Assembly: GCA_023213395.1 (NCBI GenBank)
Contig: CM041465.1
Span: forward strand, 18,724,001-18,788,000
Source: Cycas panzhihuaensis
Taxonomy: Eukaryota; Plantae; Cycadophyta
Direction of reading: 5' to 3'
DNA length: 64,000 nt
Shown: one piece after another, positions 14,373 through 28,460 of the stretch
How the letters are laid out: each line of letters begins with the position of its first letter
Position numbering within the stretch: position 1 is the stretch's first letter
Translations under genes and position numbers: made by a program
Notes under the pieces: model-generated
The model's database searches: none
What the model was told of the DNA's origin: nothing
The model's input: the letters and a program-made list of their open reading frames with translations, nothing else

Positions 14373-14683
14373 TGTTAGAATATGTATATATATAAACTAA
14401 TATAAATAGGGATTTATTTATGTGGAGAATATTCTCGAGTGGTCAGCCAACATACGTAAATTATATTGATATTATGGCACTTTAGATCTATAAATATAGA
14501 TCAAAGTCCATTATTTATAATAACATCATTTTGTCAATATGTGATTAATATTATTTTTGCGGGTTTTCACCCATAAGGGTTTCCCGCAGTAATCTAGTGT
14601 CCTATGTGATTTATTTTTGCTTGATATCTACTTGTTGTGAAAGATCTTAACGACCTTGTTTGCTTCATTTATGTTTCCCAATA
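14373..14683 (+). repeat. 3' LTR of the 10417-14683 element
   Basis: Starts TGTTAGAATATG after a purine-rich stretch; followed by TSD ATATG. Confidence 0.9.
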
Positions 14684-14809
14684 ATATGCTTATCCTTAAT
14701 GGACCTTTTTAGAGACCTAAATCTCTCATCTTTCATTTGTTTTAACTTTGATTTTAACTCTTATCTTGTCCTCCAAAATGCTCTAAGCCCTTCTATTTGT
14801 TAAAGTGCC

Positions 14810-15040
14810 TTAACTATGACAAGGTAAGCTTTGAATTCCTTCATCCTATTAACAAGCTTAAACTATGACTGAAGGCTCCAAAATGTCACCTATTAATGAG
14901 ATGAAACTATGGTAGTCTAAGGCTTTGAAAGGTCACCTATTAATGAGCCTAAAAACCATGACAGTCCATCCTTTATGCCCCAGCAAAAGGACCTTTCCTT
15001 TGAAATTTCAGTTAATGAGAGATAAACTTTGACCATCTAG
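14810..15040. repeat. degenerate ~45-50 bp tandem repeat
   Basis: Recurring CCTATTAA(T/C)(G/A)AG...AAACTATG(A/G) units at ~14845, 14889, 14936 and 15012. Confidence 0.6.
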
Positions 15041-17219
15041 GTTTTTTAAGTCCCATCTAGTTTGTGGGTATTTGGCATCATTCTTTTTGTTGGGTAAGTA
15101 TAAACCCAATTTATTTGGGTAAACACTTATGTAGTATCTCTTTAGCTTATCATTTTAGAAATGTTAGGGTTTATTTAGTTTGATTTTAGTAACTCTTATA
15201 GACTAGCTATCCATCATTCACATGCCTTATCCTAACTTTTTACTTTTTCATTGAAAATATTTCACCATATCATTATCACCTTTTACTGTTTTGATTCCCT
15301 TCTAAAGTAGGAGCTTCAGGTGCTAAGTGGCTAAATGTTTCATCAAAGCTTAGCCATTAATTGATCCCCATCACCTTTAACAAGTTTCTTATGCTACTCT
15401 TATTTGATATGATTGATAAACGCCTATTTTATGATGTATTAGGCTATGTTTTAATGAAATATGATCATGTTTTCTGTTGGATGATATATGTTAGATGATG
15501 ATGATGTATTATATACTCTCTCACCTACTAATGAGTGATAACGATGGTAATTAGGTCTCTCTTCATGATCATTGTAACTCATTTTTCCTTTAAAATATTT
15601 GTTTGCTTCATTCTTTTATCTCGATTTCACTTTTTGTGTTTTTTTTTTGCATTATTTTTGGGCTTGAGCTTATAGTTTTCATCTTTTTGGACTATTTCTC
15701 CATTGATTACGTCTTTTTTGTTTTAATTTTCAATAAAAATATAAATTTTTTAACTTTTTAATTCATAATTTTTACCTCATAATTTGTCACATTTTTGGTG
15801 CTGCCAAAAACCTGACTGATCACATTTTATGAACAAAGTCACATTTTTTGTGGCTCATAAAATGTAACTGGTTACATTTTTTACTATCATATATGTTTTC
15901 TTTTTTCTGTGTACTAGTTTTACATGCTTTCACCTAGATTTAATGGAAACCTACCCAATTCATGCCAAAAACTCTTAGAAACCTTATTGTGTTCTATCAT
16001 TTATAAATTTTTTTATGTGAAAGAGATTAAGTTTTGGAGTAGGATTCTTGAGATTTTGAGAGATTTTTTTGTTGTTGTTTTGAAGAACTACCTTGAAGAA
16101 AAAGTGAAGACTAAGGGAAGAAATTTAAAGCTTTGTTTATTAATTTACTACTGCATAAATTTTAATGGTTGATGCTCTTAAACTATATGTTTCCTCACAA
16201 AATTTTTAACTTTAAACTCTCGTTTGCTTGGTAAGATCTTTTCTATTGTGGTTTATTGTAATTATGCATGTCGTTTTTATAACTATTTGTAATTAGAATT
16301 ATTCCTCTCTTCTTGCTAATATTTGAGATCATTTGTTTACAATTTTCTCTTGGGAAACTTAGATAAAACACCAGACTTTTGTGGGAAGAAAAGGGATAAA
16401 CTATTGTAAAGAATGATAATCTCTTAACTATAGATATAACTACTCTCTTCCATTTTTTGTTTAGTTGTCCAAGTCCCTAAGAGGTCTAGTTTCACCTTTG
16501 CTTGTCTGTGGCTACTATTGAGCTAGTTGTTCATGTCTTTATTCTTTTTTCCTTGTTGGTTTTAAGGGAAAACTTGAATAAGTTTGATTGCATGAAAGAG
16601 AGAAAACCATTCTAAGGTAGAAATTCATCAATAGATTTGAAGTTATAGAAAATTGTTAGTATTATCTTGTTTAACTTCAATCCTTTCATTTCATCTTATT
16701 TTAAAAAAGAAATTTGAATATATGAATGATATATCTTTACTATGATTAGATCACATGAGATTCAAGGATCTTATAGTATCTAAAAGACTCCATTTGTGAT
16801 AGAATCTCTTTATTTTCCTAGTATATTATTTGTTTATGATGGTTATTTAATTATGGTTGATTCCATGTAATTTTTATGGTCTGAATATAATTCATAACAA
16901 CAAAAATATATCTTTGAGATCTCTCACTTTCTTTTGAATTCATTCTCCAAAAGGAAAAATAGCATGTGAATTAAAAAAAAAAACATTATAAAATCATCAC
17001 ATGTTATGCGATATTCTATTAAATTTCGTATATAGGTGCAAGATTATGATAGTTACATTTCACATTTGTTTTTCCTATAAAAAATGTATATTTTACATTT
17101 AGAGAAAATAATTTCTCTTTAATTCTTAGTGTGTTTCTTGTTTCATAAAAAAAATGAAGAAAAAGTAATCACATGTGTAGTTAGTTCTCTTACTTGTTTG
17201 TTGAAAAGGAAGTAGTTAA

Positions 17220-20200
17220 TGTGGGGTTAATGTTCAACACATGACCCTACAATGGAAATACGCAACACATAAGTTTTAATGGTAAGTTAGGTAAGATTGT
17301 TTTACTGTTATGTTATATATTATTTTATATTATTTTGAATTCAGGTTGAGGAGGGCTCCTACCCTTCTCCCAAAATATATACTTTAGGGTTAATACCCCT
17401 ATTATTCATCAACACCACCATATTAAATGGAATATTTGATGTATACTCTTTTATAATCGATTGAATACAATGATTTGTACAACAGATTAATTTACGTTTA
17501 CTTGTTCTATTTTGATCTTCATTTATTTTCTAACATTTGGTATTAAAGAATATTGATCTTGGCTATATTAGTTTCTAACTCCCTGTATACTCAATGGAAG
17601 TGTAACATGTGATTGCTCATTGGACTCTTGGTAGCTTGATCTGCTCAATAGAAAAATTAGCTTAAATTTTCATCCTCCTTGAGAAGAGATATGACTCATG
17701 GAAGTCACAAGTCTCAAGTTTGTAAGAAATATGATAAACACTATTAGTATATTTGATTTATCATTTAATTTATACTTTTTGTTATAAGTTTATTTATCAT
17801 CTTAAGATCATAAAGTTATTGGAAATTTCTTTTACTTAATTCACCTTTAAGCAGCCATTTGTCTATCACATCTTTGACGTTGACTAAGTGGTTATCCTTT
17901 TTTTTCTTACCAAATAACTTAAGCATGGGCTATTAAGGTTCTTTAAAAACCCTTTACAGAGATCTACCTTGTAGATCCAATCTCGCCCTCTATTCATTGG
18001 TATTCCCTCTGCGGTTATTTCCTACTCATGCTTATAAGATTGATAGAGATATGACTATGATTCCTCTACTTTAAGATTATAATTTAAAAGTAATATCCAT
18101 AATTTGAGTATCCTCTAGTTTTTTGCATCTTCTCTGTACTTATGTCTCAGTTTGCATGAAGAATCGGTGTTTGCTTTACTTGGCATTTGCGTCTCTATCT
18201 CCCTTTACTTAGTGGTGCTCCATCTTGGCATTTGCGTCTATTCCCCATTTGAAACTACTATTCCTATATCTAGTAGATCAACAACTACAACATTTATGCC
18301 TACAATGATATAGCAATACTAATGGCACCACCTACTTCATTGAGAATAAGGAGGTAAAGAGGTCACTCTTTTAATAAATATGAGTAACATACTTATTAAC
18401 GGTTGAAGAGCTTCAAATATTTAATTGCCAAACAAATTTCTATATTGCAGTCTTATATCATTCAATTTGGTGATGTAATCATTTCTTTCCCGTGTTTTTT
18501 TTTTACATATATAAATATATATTTTTGAATATATTTACTTTGATGCAGTGTATGCCCTTCTCTCTATGGAATTTAGATCAATCTTTTAAATCAATTTTGA
18601 TCTAATTCAATCACTTCATCATCTACAAGTTGCCCATTATCATTTAGGCATTGATAAGTATTAGTAAAATTTAATTAAATTTGATAGTGTTTTGGGATCC
18701 AGCATTTGATTTATCAATTAGCCCCCTTCACATTCCCTATTTGGTCACGTTGACCCTTTATGTAACCTCACCTTTTGAGATTAGGGGGTAAAACTCAAAT
18801 AATTATAAGTTATTTTGTATAATTTTTACTTTTTAAAAAATTATTTTCTATATTCTATAATTTTTGAATTCTAGAGTCCCTCTTGAGCTCCCAACCATTA
18901 TTCTTGTGGGCCCCTACGTGACCAAGGGGTAGTCTAGCTAAGGGGATAAAATCCAACCCCAATTCAATTTTTTTGACATAAGGAGTACTACTCACCTTTT
19001 TGATGATATCTTTGTATTGGGGGGTTTGATTCTTGAATCGTTTAATTCGTTGTATTCCTGAACCTAGAGTCACTTTTAGCTTGATTTGAGTATAATTTCA
19101 AGGAGTTTAATCTAGTCAAAGTTGGCCCTTTTATGTACCTTTTAATCTGTTTACCATAAAGAGGTTCTTGTACATTTTCTACAATATCTTGAGATCTAAG
19201 AGTCTATTTTTCAAATGGTTGGATCTATCAGAATTATTTTTTAATCCTCTATGTTTTAAAATAGGTTTCATTACAATTTAATACTATTTTTCAGATATTT
19301 AAAGCCAATAAAGTTGAGGGTCTTATTTTAGTCCTTAGTTGACCTATTTTCTGATATTTTAAACAAAATTTTCACTTGAACTCAATATATTTGTTTAAAT
19401 TAGGGTACTAATTAGTTATTGATAACTTTTGTTTGTTTTTAGAGCTTATAGTTATTTAGCTTTATTTTGGCCTCCTAAGGTGAAGGAGCCCCATTTCAGA
19501 TCAAAACATAAAATTGGTACTCTGTATAGCTATTATTTTATTTTTTAGCATATAAACTTAAATCTAAAGATCTCTTAAAGTATATTTTTTATTTATTTAA
19601 GGTCCTTTTGCCTCCTTAAAGTCTTTTAAGCTATACTTAGATTACATATGATCATTCAAGGAAAATATTTTTCATTAGATTCTCATTGATTAAAGACATA
19701 TTCATTTGAAAATTTATATATTTCAAGCTTCTTGATTTACTAGTAAAAGGCATATTTCAATTACTTTAAAGCCATTGCATTTGAAAGTTGAAAGGTGCAT
19801 AATAGTGCATAGCTATAAACTTATTCTTTTAAACTTTTAAGAATTTCAAGGTACATTCCATTAAGCATTTTATTTTTCAGATTTATATTTTCATTATCTT
19901 TGGAAAAGAGCATAGTTTAATTAGTGCTTTTCATTTTAAAAGGATATTTGCCTTGCATTCTTTAAGGAATATATTAACTATTTTGATCAAGAAAACATTT
20001 GAACATTGAAACAAATTGAAGTTTCATTTCTTTGAGTTCTTCTTTTAGCTCCTTATTATTCAATCAAGTTTTGAAAAAGAAGTGCATTTAGTTTACTTTA
20101 CATATTCTTTAACAAGGAGCATTCGTCATCCTTAATTCAAAAGGATATTTAATTGCATATTTGTTTCATTCTACTTCATTATTAAGAGGACATATTTTTT

Positions 20201-21486
20201 TATCTTATTACTTAGTTATCATTTTATTTCATCTTTAAATAGTAAAATTTATTCAAAAGTATCATTTACTATTTTTCAACCTACAAGAATCAGTCTTACT
20301 TGCTTGATTAAAGAGGAATCTATTTTGAAATCATATTAAAAGTTTTTTATAAAAATTATTACTTATTTTAATTTATTTACTCATTTGAAGATTAGTCCTC
20401 TTATTTGTTTGTTAAAAATCATACTTTTTGATCATGTACTAAAGTCTTTTATACAATGGTAATGAATCTAAGTAATATAATTTTTTCTATATTCAACAGA
20501 AATGATTTTCATCCATGGAATAAAATAATGGAAGCATACATTATTACAAATGACCTTTAGAAATATGTAAAAGACGGTTATGAACTAAATATTAAAGAAG
20601 ATATGAAAAAGGATAATAAGACCTTAGCCCTATTATTTTGTACTATAGATGTCAATGTATTTTATAATGTTTGTAAAATGACCACATCTAAATTTGTATG
20701 GGATACTCTATAATCGACTTATGGGGGAGATAGCATGGAATTTAATATTACTAATTATACTGATGATGTTTTTCCTATGAGACAGATGTTAGAGCAGGTG
20801 AATCTTGTTGAAAAGTCTAATGCTGCTTACACTAGTGTAGATTTCAATAAAAGTGATGACTTTAATGTTTCATTTGGTGAGATGCTATGTACCTTAGACT
20901 TAATTAAAGTAAAAGATAAAGATCAAGACAAAGACACCTCTACTCATTCAAATCAAGCTACACCTACTTAGAAGCCATTTGGACCACATAATGTTAAAGA
21001 AACATACATTGCTAAAAGGATGATGAGGTGAGTTGATTACCACTTCATGAATGACAAAAAAACTAAAGGACAAGTATTCAAAGTCTTTCTCAAGTTTAGG
21101 TATCATAAGTTCAAAGAGAAAATGAAGATATACTTGATGACTATTAAGGGGGAGAATGTTGGGTTAATATTCATCACATGACCTACATTAGAAATATGCA
21201 GCACACAAGTTTTAATGGTAATTTAAGTAAGGTTATTTTAATATTATGTTGTACATTATTTTATATTATTTTAAATTTAGGTTGAGGAGGGCTTCCACCC
21301 TCCTCTCAAAATATATACTTTGGGGTTAATACCTCCAATGTTCATCAACACCAACATATCAAATGGAATATTTGATGTATACTCTTTTAAAATGGCTTGG
21401 ATACAATGATTTATTTACATATGATTTATACAATAGATTTATTTACATTTACCTACTTTCCTATGCTCTCTATTCATTTTCTAATT
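17220..21486 (+). mobile_element. non-autonomous Copia-derived LTR element (gag remnant only)
   Basis: LTRs 17220-17535 and 21157-21486. TSD GTTAA/GTTAG (4/5 match). Degenerate PBS TGGTATTAAAG at 17538. PPT AAGGGGGAGAA at 21146. gag N-terminal remnant WNKIMEAYIITNDL*KYVKDG at ~20516. No RT or integrase seen. Confidence 0.85.
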
Positions 21487-21749
21487 GTTAGATTTTATTA
21501 TTTTATTATTTACTTTTGTGATTATATTTTATTTGGGAAAAAAAAAAAAGACAACCTTTCCATCACTTAACCTTTTTTCCTTCAATTTAGTAAAACTTAA
21601 AAGGTTGAAAGAATAGGATGAAAGGTGTTTTGATGAAGGACATAAGATACATGTTAGTATAATTCTAAATTTAGAACTTCTCCATCTAATTATATAGGCT
21701 AGTGGATTCAACCACCCCCTTTACACCTTAGCCTTTCATTATATTATTC

Positions 21750-23350
21750 ATATTCTAGTTAGATAGCATAAATAAGTGGAGACTCCTTCTTAGGAGTTGG
21801 CAAAGGTGGTCCTTTAGGTTCCCTTAAGATTCTTGTCTCTTGGCTTAGACTTGAAATAAAGGAAACATACCTCTAGTTAAGAGATACCTAGTCTAGGTCC
21901 AATAAAAGCATGCTAGGTAGTGAGATTGATATGGAGGCCATCTAGAGTGAGTATTAGCTTCATGAGTTCTATTGGCATAGAAGTTAATTATTTGTGCTAT
22001 TCTCTTTTTAATTGCCTACTAGTAGAACTTTACAAATTTGCTAGGTGATTGGATGGGTGTGAGGTTTGAGAGGGGTGAGAGACTTAATTAGGTCATAATG
22101 ATCATGGACAACATGCAAGCACAACTCAATTAAATATGCATGATAGGGGAGGGTAACTTCTCATATTACATTATCATATAATGTTGGTTCTTTAATCACT
22201 TCCATGGAGTTGGAGTAAAGGTAGGGCCACAAGTAATTATTAATAGGGGTTCATTGGTTCATATATGGCTATCATAGTTTTAGAGCCTCAAAGTAGCGAA
22301 GTAAGTTATTAGGATCATGTTCATAGAATTATTGGCAATAACAAAGATAGATTAATATATTATTGATCCCTATGCTAAGGTACATTAGAACTTTAACATA
22401 GAGGAGGTAGGACTAGTATAGGAAAGTGGAGGAGGAGATGGTGAGGGGCTAGCATAATCCATAGTAGTGACAACACTTGAGGGAGTACCAAAGGGTGGTA
22501 GAGTTGATTATGGAGGAGGCCCTAAATAAGGAGATGATGAGGAGGGTACTATAAATGTTACATCTCTATCCATCATGTGTTTCCTTTATAACCTTACTTT
22601 AATTTAGATTTCATCATTATCATTACTTTCATGGCTTAGAATATTATTGATTTCATCATTATTTACATGTTGCAAGATGGGGATACACCTCAAACTTCAC
22701 TTGTTATATCTTAGACTTATTACTTACCATGGTATATATAGAGGGATGACCTCCCATTATGGATATAGGTGAGATGGCCATCACATGACCATACATAATA
22801 ACTTATACTCCTATGGTTAATGCCCTCATAATATGGGGGGAAGAGAGGAGCAAGCTATAAGAAGGTATTATATAGAGAGATGTGACCATATCCCAACTAC
22901 AAGATACTATGGTCTAGATGGTGTAACACAGGGGATAGACCCCATATATAACATTAGTACCTATGATTATGACCTTATTATAGGTTGTGTTAAGTGCTAT
23001 GGTTTAGATTATTATATTATAGATGTAACTTACACCCATAACTAATGAGTAGGATAAGGCATTGGCTACTTATAAGAGGCTCATTAAGAGGGTGATGAAG
23101 AGGTCCTATCACTCATAGATAAGGATATAGACTAATATTGAGTAGAGGGAAAAGTAAAGATAAGGAAGAAATGAGGCAAGAGAGGCATAAGAGATAGACC
23201 CCTCAAAGTGACTATGAGTTATAAGACCCACTAATAACTTAGAGACACCTCCATAGGAGCTATGGTTAGTGGGGTAGAGCATCTACATGTTTGTATGATT
23301 ATTTTGCAAGAGGTAAGTTGACTCTATGAGGGTCAATGTATGTTTTCTAC
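21750..23350 (+). pseudogene. degenerate ORF-like remnant antisense to the Gypsy pol, possibly a PMD-like accessory ORF
   Basis: Purine-rich, coding-like composition in the 3' internal region of the Tat element. Weak motifs KYA(W)*G (~22132) and GSLVHIWLS (~22247). Confidence 0.25.
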
Positions 23351-24049
23351 TTACTTATTTAATCCTTTTGTACTCCCTTGTGAGAGCACTAGTTTCCTCA
23401 ATTAGTTATATATTATGGCTTATATAATATTTCTACCATTTTATATAAGTTCTTTATATCATGTATGCACATTTTGCTTAGTCATATAGATGGCTTATGA
23501 TGTATATATAATAATAGAAAATAAAATAGCTTATTCCTAGTTTTAAAGATGGAGTAGATATATGTACATACACACATACACACATATATTTCTTATAATT
23601 TTATATATATTATTTTGGAATGATATTCACAGATGATAATTTATACTTAAGATGGACTATAAGTTATAATTTATACTCATAAAGGAGTGTAACCCCCTCT
23701 TGGGGGTTGCTTAAAGGGAAGAGAATTTATGCTCATAATAGAGCATAATGTGCCATAATAGGCTTAGGTGATTATTAAGTTGCAATAGATAGGAATGTTA
23801 TGGTGATTTGACCACTCTAGTTTAGCCTCTCCAATGATCGATTTAGAGTGGATTTTTGGGATATACCTACCAAGGTTGGGTTGCCATATTTTTACCTCAT
23901 TAGTTTCCATGGATTTAGAGGAATTTCTAATTTTAGGTTCTTGGTGGAGGGATCATAGTTTAGGCTAATTTTAGAGTAATAATAATCATGGTCAGATGTA
24001 GTATGTCTTGAGAAATTACTTATTAACAAATTTCTTAAACTTGAGATCC

Positions 24050-27000
24050 TCAACAGTGGCAATTGAATGAGCTTTATTGGTTAGGTCCTCTAGGACCATG
24101 AATGGGCCTACCTATTTAGGAGAAAATTTGGGTAGATAATCATGTAAGTACTTGAGTTTAAGGACCTTATCCTTAGGGAAAAACTCATAGGGTTACAAAT
24201 GTTTATTGTGGGCCTTCTTTAGCTTAGACTTAGAAATGAGATTCTTTTGGTATGTAGTAAGATAAGTTTCATCTAAGGCCTTTAAGTCTAAAAGGTACAC
24301 TTTGTAGTATTAATCTTCATTAGTAAAATATTTCATCAATACCCTTAGAGATGGAATGTCTATTTTTAGTCAAAGGACTACTTCAAACCCATAAATAAGG
24401 GAGAAAGGTGTCCTCCTTATGGTACCTTAAGCATACATTCTATAGGCCCACATGGTGGGGTATAATTAGATGTGCCAGTCCTGTTGGGACTTTGACATTA
24501 TCTTATTTAAGATGGATATCAATATTTTGTTAAATGCCTCAATTTACCTATTTGCCTAAGGGTAATAAGATGAAGAGATCTTATAGGTGATGTGGAATTT
24601 GTCATATAGTTCATCTATCCCCTTATTATGGAATAGGATCCTATTTTTTGTAATTAATACATTTGGGATCCTAAAATGACAAATGATGTTTTAGAAGATG
24701 AATATGGCAATGAACTTTAATATGTTTAAGGGTAAAGGGATTGCCTTAACCCACTTAGTAAAGCACTTGGTTGTAGTCAACATGAATTTATGTTGTGAGG
24801 AAGAGGGGGATGTAATAGCTCTAATTAGGTCTAATCCCTATTATGAAAAGGCTAAGGGTACACAATGGCATGCAAAGCCTCAAAACATTGGTAGATGATG
24901 CCAGAGTCTTTTATACTTCTACACATAAGCATGGGCATTCTTAAATAACATGGGCTAAAAGAAGCCCATTCATAAAATTCTTTAGATCATGGATTGCCCA
25001 CCAAAGTGTCCTCCATAAATGCTATCATAGTAATTATAGAGAATCTAGCATGTCTCCTTGGGATTAATACACTTAAGGAAGACCCCTTTAAATGAGATCT
25101 TATATAATTTATAACAAATAAGGAAATATTAACAAGTTATAACCCTTATATATTGCTTTATTAGGATATGCTTTGTAAGTCAAGTAATGTATGATATTAT
25201 TATACCACTCATCATTAATAGGTCTTCATCCCTTAATCTACCTTGGGGCCCTAATGACCTTATTTGGTAATGAATCATCTATAGGAGTGTTGTTCAGGAT
25301 AGGGAAGAATATGTGAGCTAATTGCTCTACTATGACCATCCCTTTTCTAGATTTTCTATTTCTAATTTAATGGTCACACTCCTACAAAATGGCTTCCTAC
25401 TTCCCTGCTTATCTTGTGAGGTCAAATTTTATTAATAGGAAGAAAGGGGGATTAGATTGGATGAAGACCTTTGTGCCATTGCCAAGGAGGTAATGCCTCA
25501 ATTTTTTCATAGAAAACATGAGGGAGAGATATTCTTTATTTATGCCACTAATGAAATAAATAGCATATTGAACCCCTAAATCATCCTCTTGAGTTAACAT
25601 AATTCTAATTAATTTGGTTGTAGATGATGTATATAGAATAAAAGTCTTGTTAGATCATGGAAGAGACAAGATAGGGTTGGATATTAGGCCTAGCTTTAGC
25701 TCTTCAAAGGTAACTTGTGTAGTTGGTGTCCAAATAAAATGAACCTCCTCTTTTAGGAGCTTAGTCAAGGGTTTAGCATTTATAGTAAAGTTAGGTAAGA
25801 CTCACTAAAGGAAACCAAGTCTTCCAAGAAAAGAATTGAATTACATTTATGTATAAGATGGGGGCATCTCAAGGATAGGCCTCATCTTATTAGGGTCAAC
25901 CATAATCCCTTAGTTAGAGATCATGAATCTTAAGAGTTCTTCTATTGTGATAGTGAATATACATTTGTATAGGTTGACACAAAGATGGTACTTTTGACAC
26001 CTCAAGATCTTCCTAAGGTCAATGGTATGGTCTTTCCTCTTATATGAAAGATCAAATAGGTCATTCATATATACTGTGAGAATTTTATTGATATAATCAT
26101 AGAAAATAAAGTGCATGGGTCTTTGGTAATTGGTGCTTACATTTTTAAGGCCAAATGGCATTAGTTTGTAAGTAAACGTGCCTCATTGGGTTGTGAAGGA
26201 TATTCTATGATGGTATTAAGGAGAAATATATATATAATTATATCTTAAATAACCATCCATAACATACATGACTTTAAATCCTTCAACCCTATCTATAACC
26301 TAATTGATATAAGGTAGGAGGGAAGTTGTCTTTGGGACAAGCATTGTTGATGTCACAGAAGTCTATATAAATATGAGTTGCTCTATTCTTCTTTGCCATG
26401 AAGACTATATTAGATACAGAATATGGTTAGTTAATTAAATTTAGTAGATCTATCTTTTAGAGTTTTTTGACCTCTATATAAACAACAATGAAGAGTTTAG
26501 AGTGAATAGGGCATTATTTTTTTCTTATAGGCTTGGCTTTAGGGATGGTAGTGAGGTTGTGGATGAGTCTAAATCAAAATTATCTTGAAACTCTTAGAAG
26601 AGATTTATATACTTGGCAATTGTTTTAGGGGAACATTCTACCCCCACTTTGATTACCTTCCCTATAACTATGGTGGTGTTAATGGTTTCTCTAGTAAGGA
26701 GGGAATTCCCTTCCTTAAAATAAAGAGGAGCTTATTTAGTTGGTGGGTTAGCTGTAGCCTTCATCATAGTAGACTTGATAGGAGGAGAGCCAATTACGAA
26801 GCACTTTTAAAACCCTAACATATAACAATTTGAAGGAAGGTTGGGAGTATCCCCCATAAGTTATTCTAAGAGTGCTTTGTCATTATCAAAATAATTAGTG
26901 CCATCATTAATTTTCTCTTAAGAACTGAGTTTTCAGGTTTGGAGAGGATTGTTGATATATTAGTCAACTCACTAATCAAATAAATGGAGTGAGTGCTCAG

Positions 27001-27870
27001 ATAAAGAAGATTCATAGTATTGGTGATAAATTGGGTGAAATTACTCCTTAGGAAGTTGGGTTTTAGCAAGGGGAACTTGGGTGGTCTCAAGTATAAGATT
27101 AGGGATTGAAGGGCCATGAAACATGTCATAAGAAGATGTAGGATGGGAATAGTAGATGATGGATTCTTCATACATGGATGTGGAATTAAAATAAAAATAA
27201 TAATCATAAATAGAGGGAATTTAGGAAGGGCCAAGTTGCATGAACACTAGGTTAGGATAATTCCAAAATTGGTGAATCATATTGATAGCTCTAGGAGGGG
27301 GAACTTATTGGCTAGACCTCCTTCAAGGAACATTATCTCATACCTATATAAGAATTGAGGTAATTTAATAAGAATAGGGTCCATAGTATGCATAATATAT
27401 AATATGGATGTTGATTAAACTATGACAATCAAGGGCTTGACTGCCTCGAGTCTTTAAGATCCTATGCATGTCATTAGGGTAAATAGTAACCTATAGGGAA
27501 GTGTGGTCTAAGGTGGCTCTTAGAGTAGGTTGGGAAGTTATTAATGGAATATATAGATGATTGAATTCTTCCTTGCAGAATTCAAGGTGGTGAGAATTGG
27601 TAAGGCATTAGGTATGGTATATAAGCCAAGCCTCTTAAAAATGGGAGATCTTATCAAATAAGGAGTAAGTAATAGAATCTCAGGGATGTTCCATAAGGGC
27701 TATTGGATGCTCAAGTGGAAGAGGGGCCTTTTGAAGTATAACAAAGGAAAGGGAAACATCCTCAAGGAATGCTCCCACTTGGCTATGACTAATTATGGCC
27801 ACCAAATATGTAGGGGGATCTTTACCATCTTAGTTAGATTTGGGGTCACTAAGGATTACAAGGTATCCAT
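24050..27870 (-). pseudogene. Ty3/Gypsy (Tat/Ogre-like) pol remnant: RT, RNase H, integrase
   Basis: ORF 25910-26161 MPFGLKNVSTNYQRPMHFIFYDYINKILTVYMNDL (RT). ORF 25409-25600 KKLRHYLLGNGTKVF (RNase H). Integrase remnants at 24050-25050. Order RT-RH-INT. Confidence 0.9.
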
Positions 27871-28460
27871 TGTTAGATAATGTGACAACAATGTTTTAGA
27901 GGCTAAAATTTTGATAGGTTGGCACTGCGGTTTCCTCCCCAAACTTCCTCAGGGGGTTCCAAGGGGGGCAAGAGCCCCCCTTGGCTGGGGGGTGTGGCAC
28001 TGAAAGCATACTAAATTATAAAGAGAATCAGGGTTGTTCACTAAAAATACCCTAGATTCTATGGTATAGATTTGTGCCTTGTATGACTATCATATAGCCT
28101 GATTTAGGGTGTTTTTTTATTATGTTGATGATGTACGATGTATTTAGATGTACTGTAAAGAGTTAGACGGCTGGTTATTTTTTATGTGAGTATTTTGCTA
28201 TATATTGTGTGCATTTCTCTATTCTTTGAAAATAAAGATCGATACCTTTCTTGTGTGGATGTTTCCCTAGTACACTACTAGGGTTTTACCATGTTATATC
28301 AGGTGTATATGTGATGCTTGGTTTTCTTATTCATTTTATTATATTATCTCTGGTTTAAGAACTTGCATGTTAAATTTTTGTTTTGATTCCTGTAACTAGT
28401 TGCAAAATAGTTTAGATCTTGGTGGCAGTTTCAAGTTATTGGGACCTTGTCTTCTCAACA
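27871..28460 (+). repeat. Copia A 5' LTR
   Basis: TGTTAGATAA...CTTCTCAACA; lacks a ~60-bp block present in the 3' LTR. Confidence 0.95.

Larger units (their letters stand above)
10417..14683 (+). mobile_element. internally deleted Ty1/Copia LTR retrotransposon
   Basis: LTR pair 10417-10739 and 14373-14683. TSD ATATG (10412-16 / 14684-88). PBS TGGTATCGGAGC (tRNA-iMet type) at 10740. RT/RNaseH remnants YGETFSPV (~13880), FLNGDLKEEI (~13993) and DVFTK (~14241). Confidence 0.9.
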
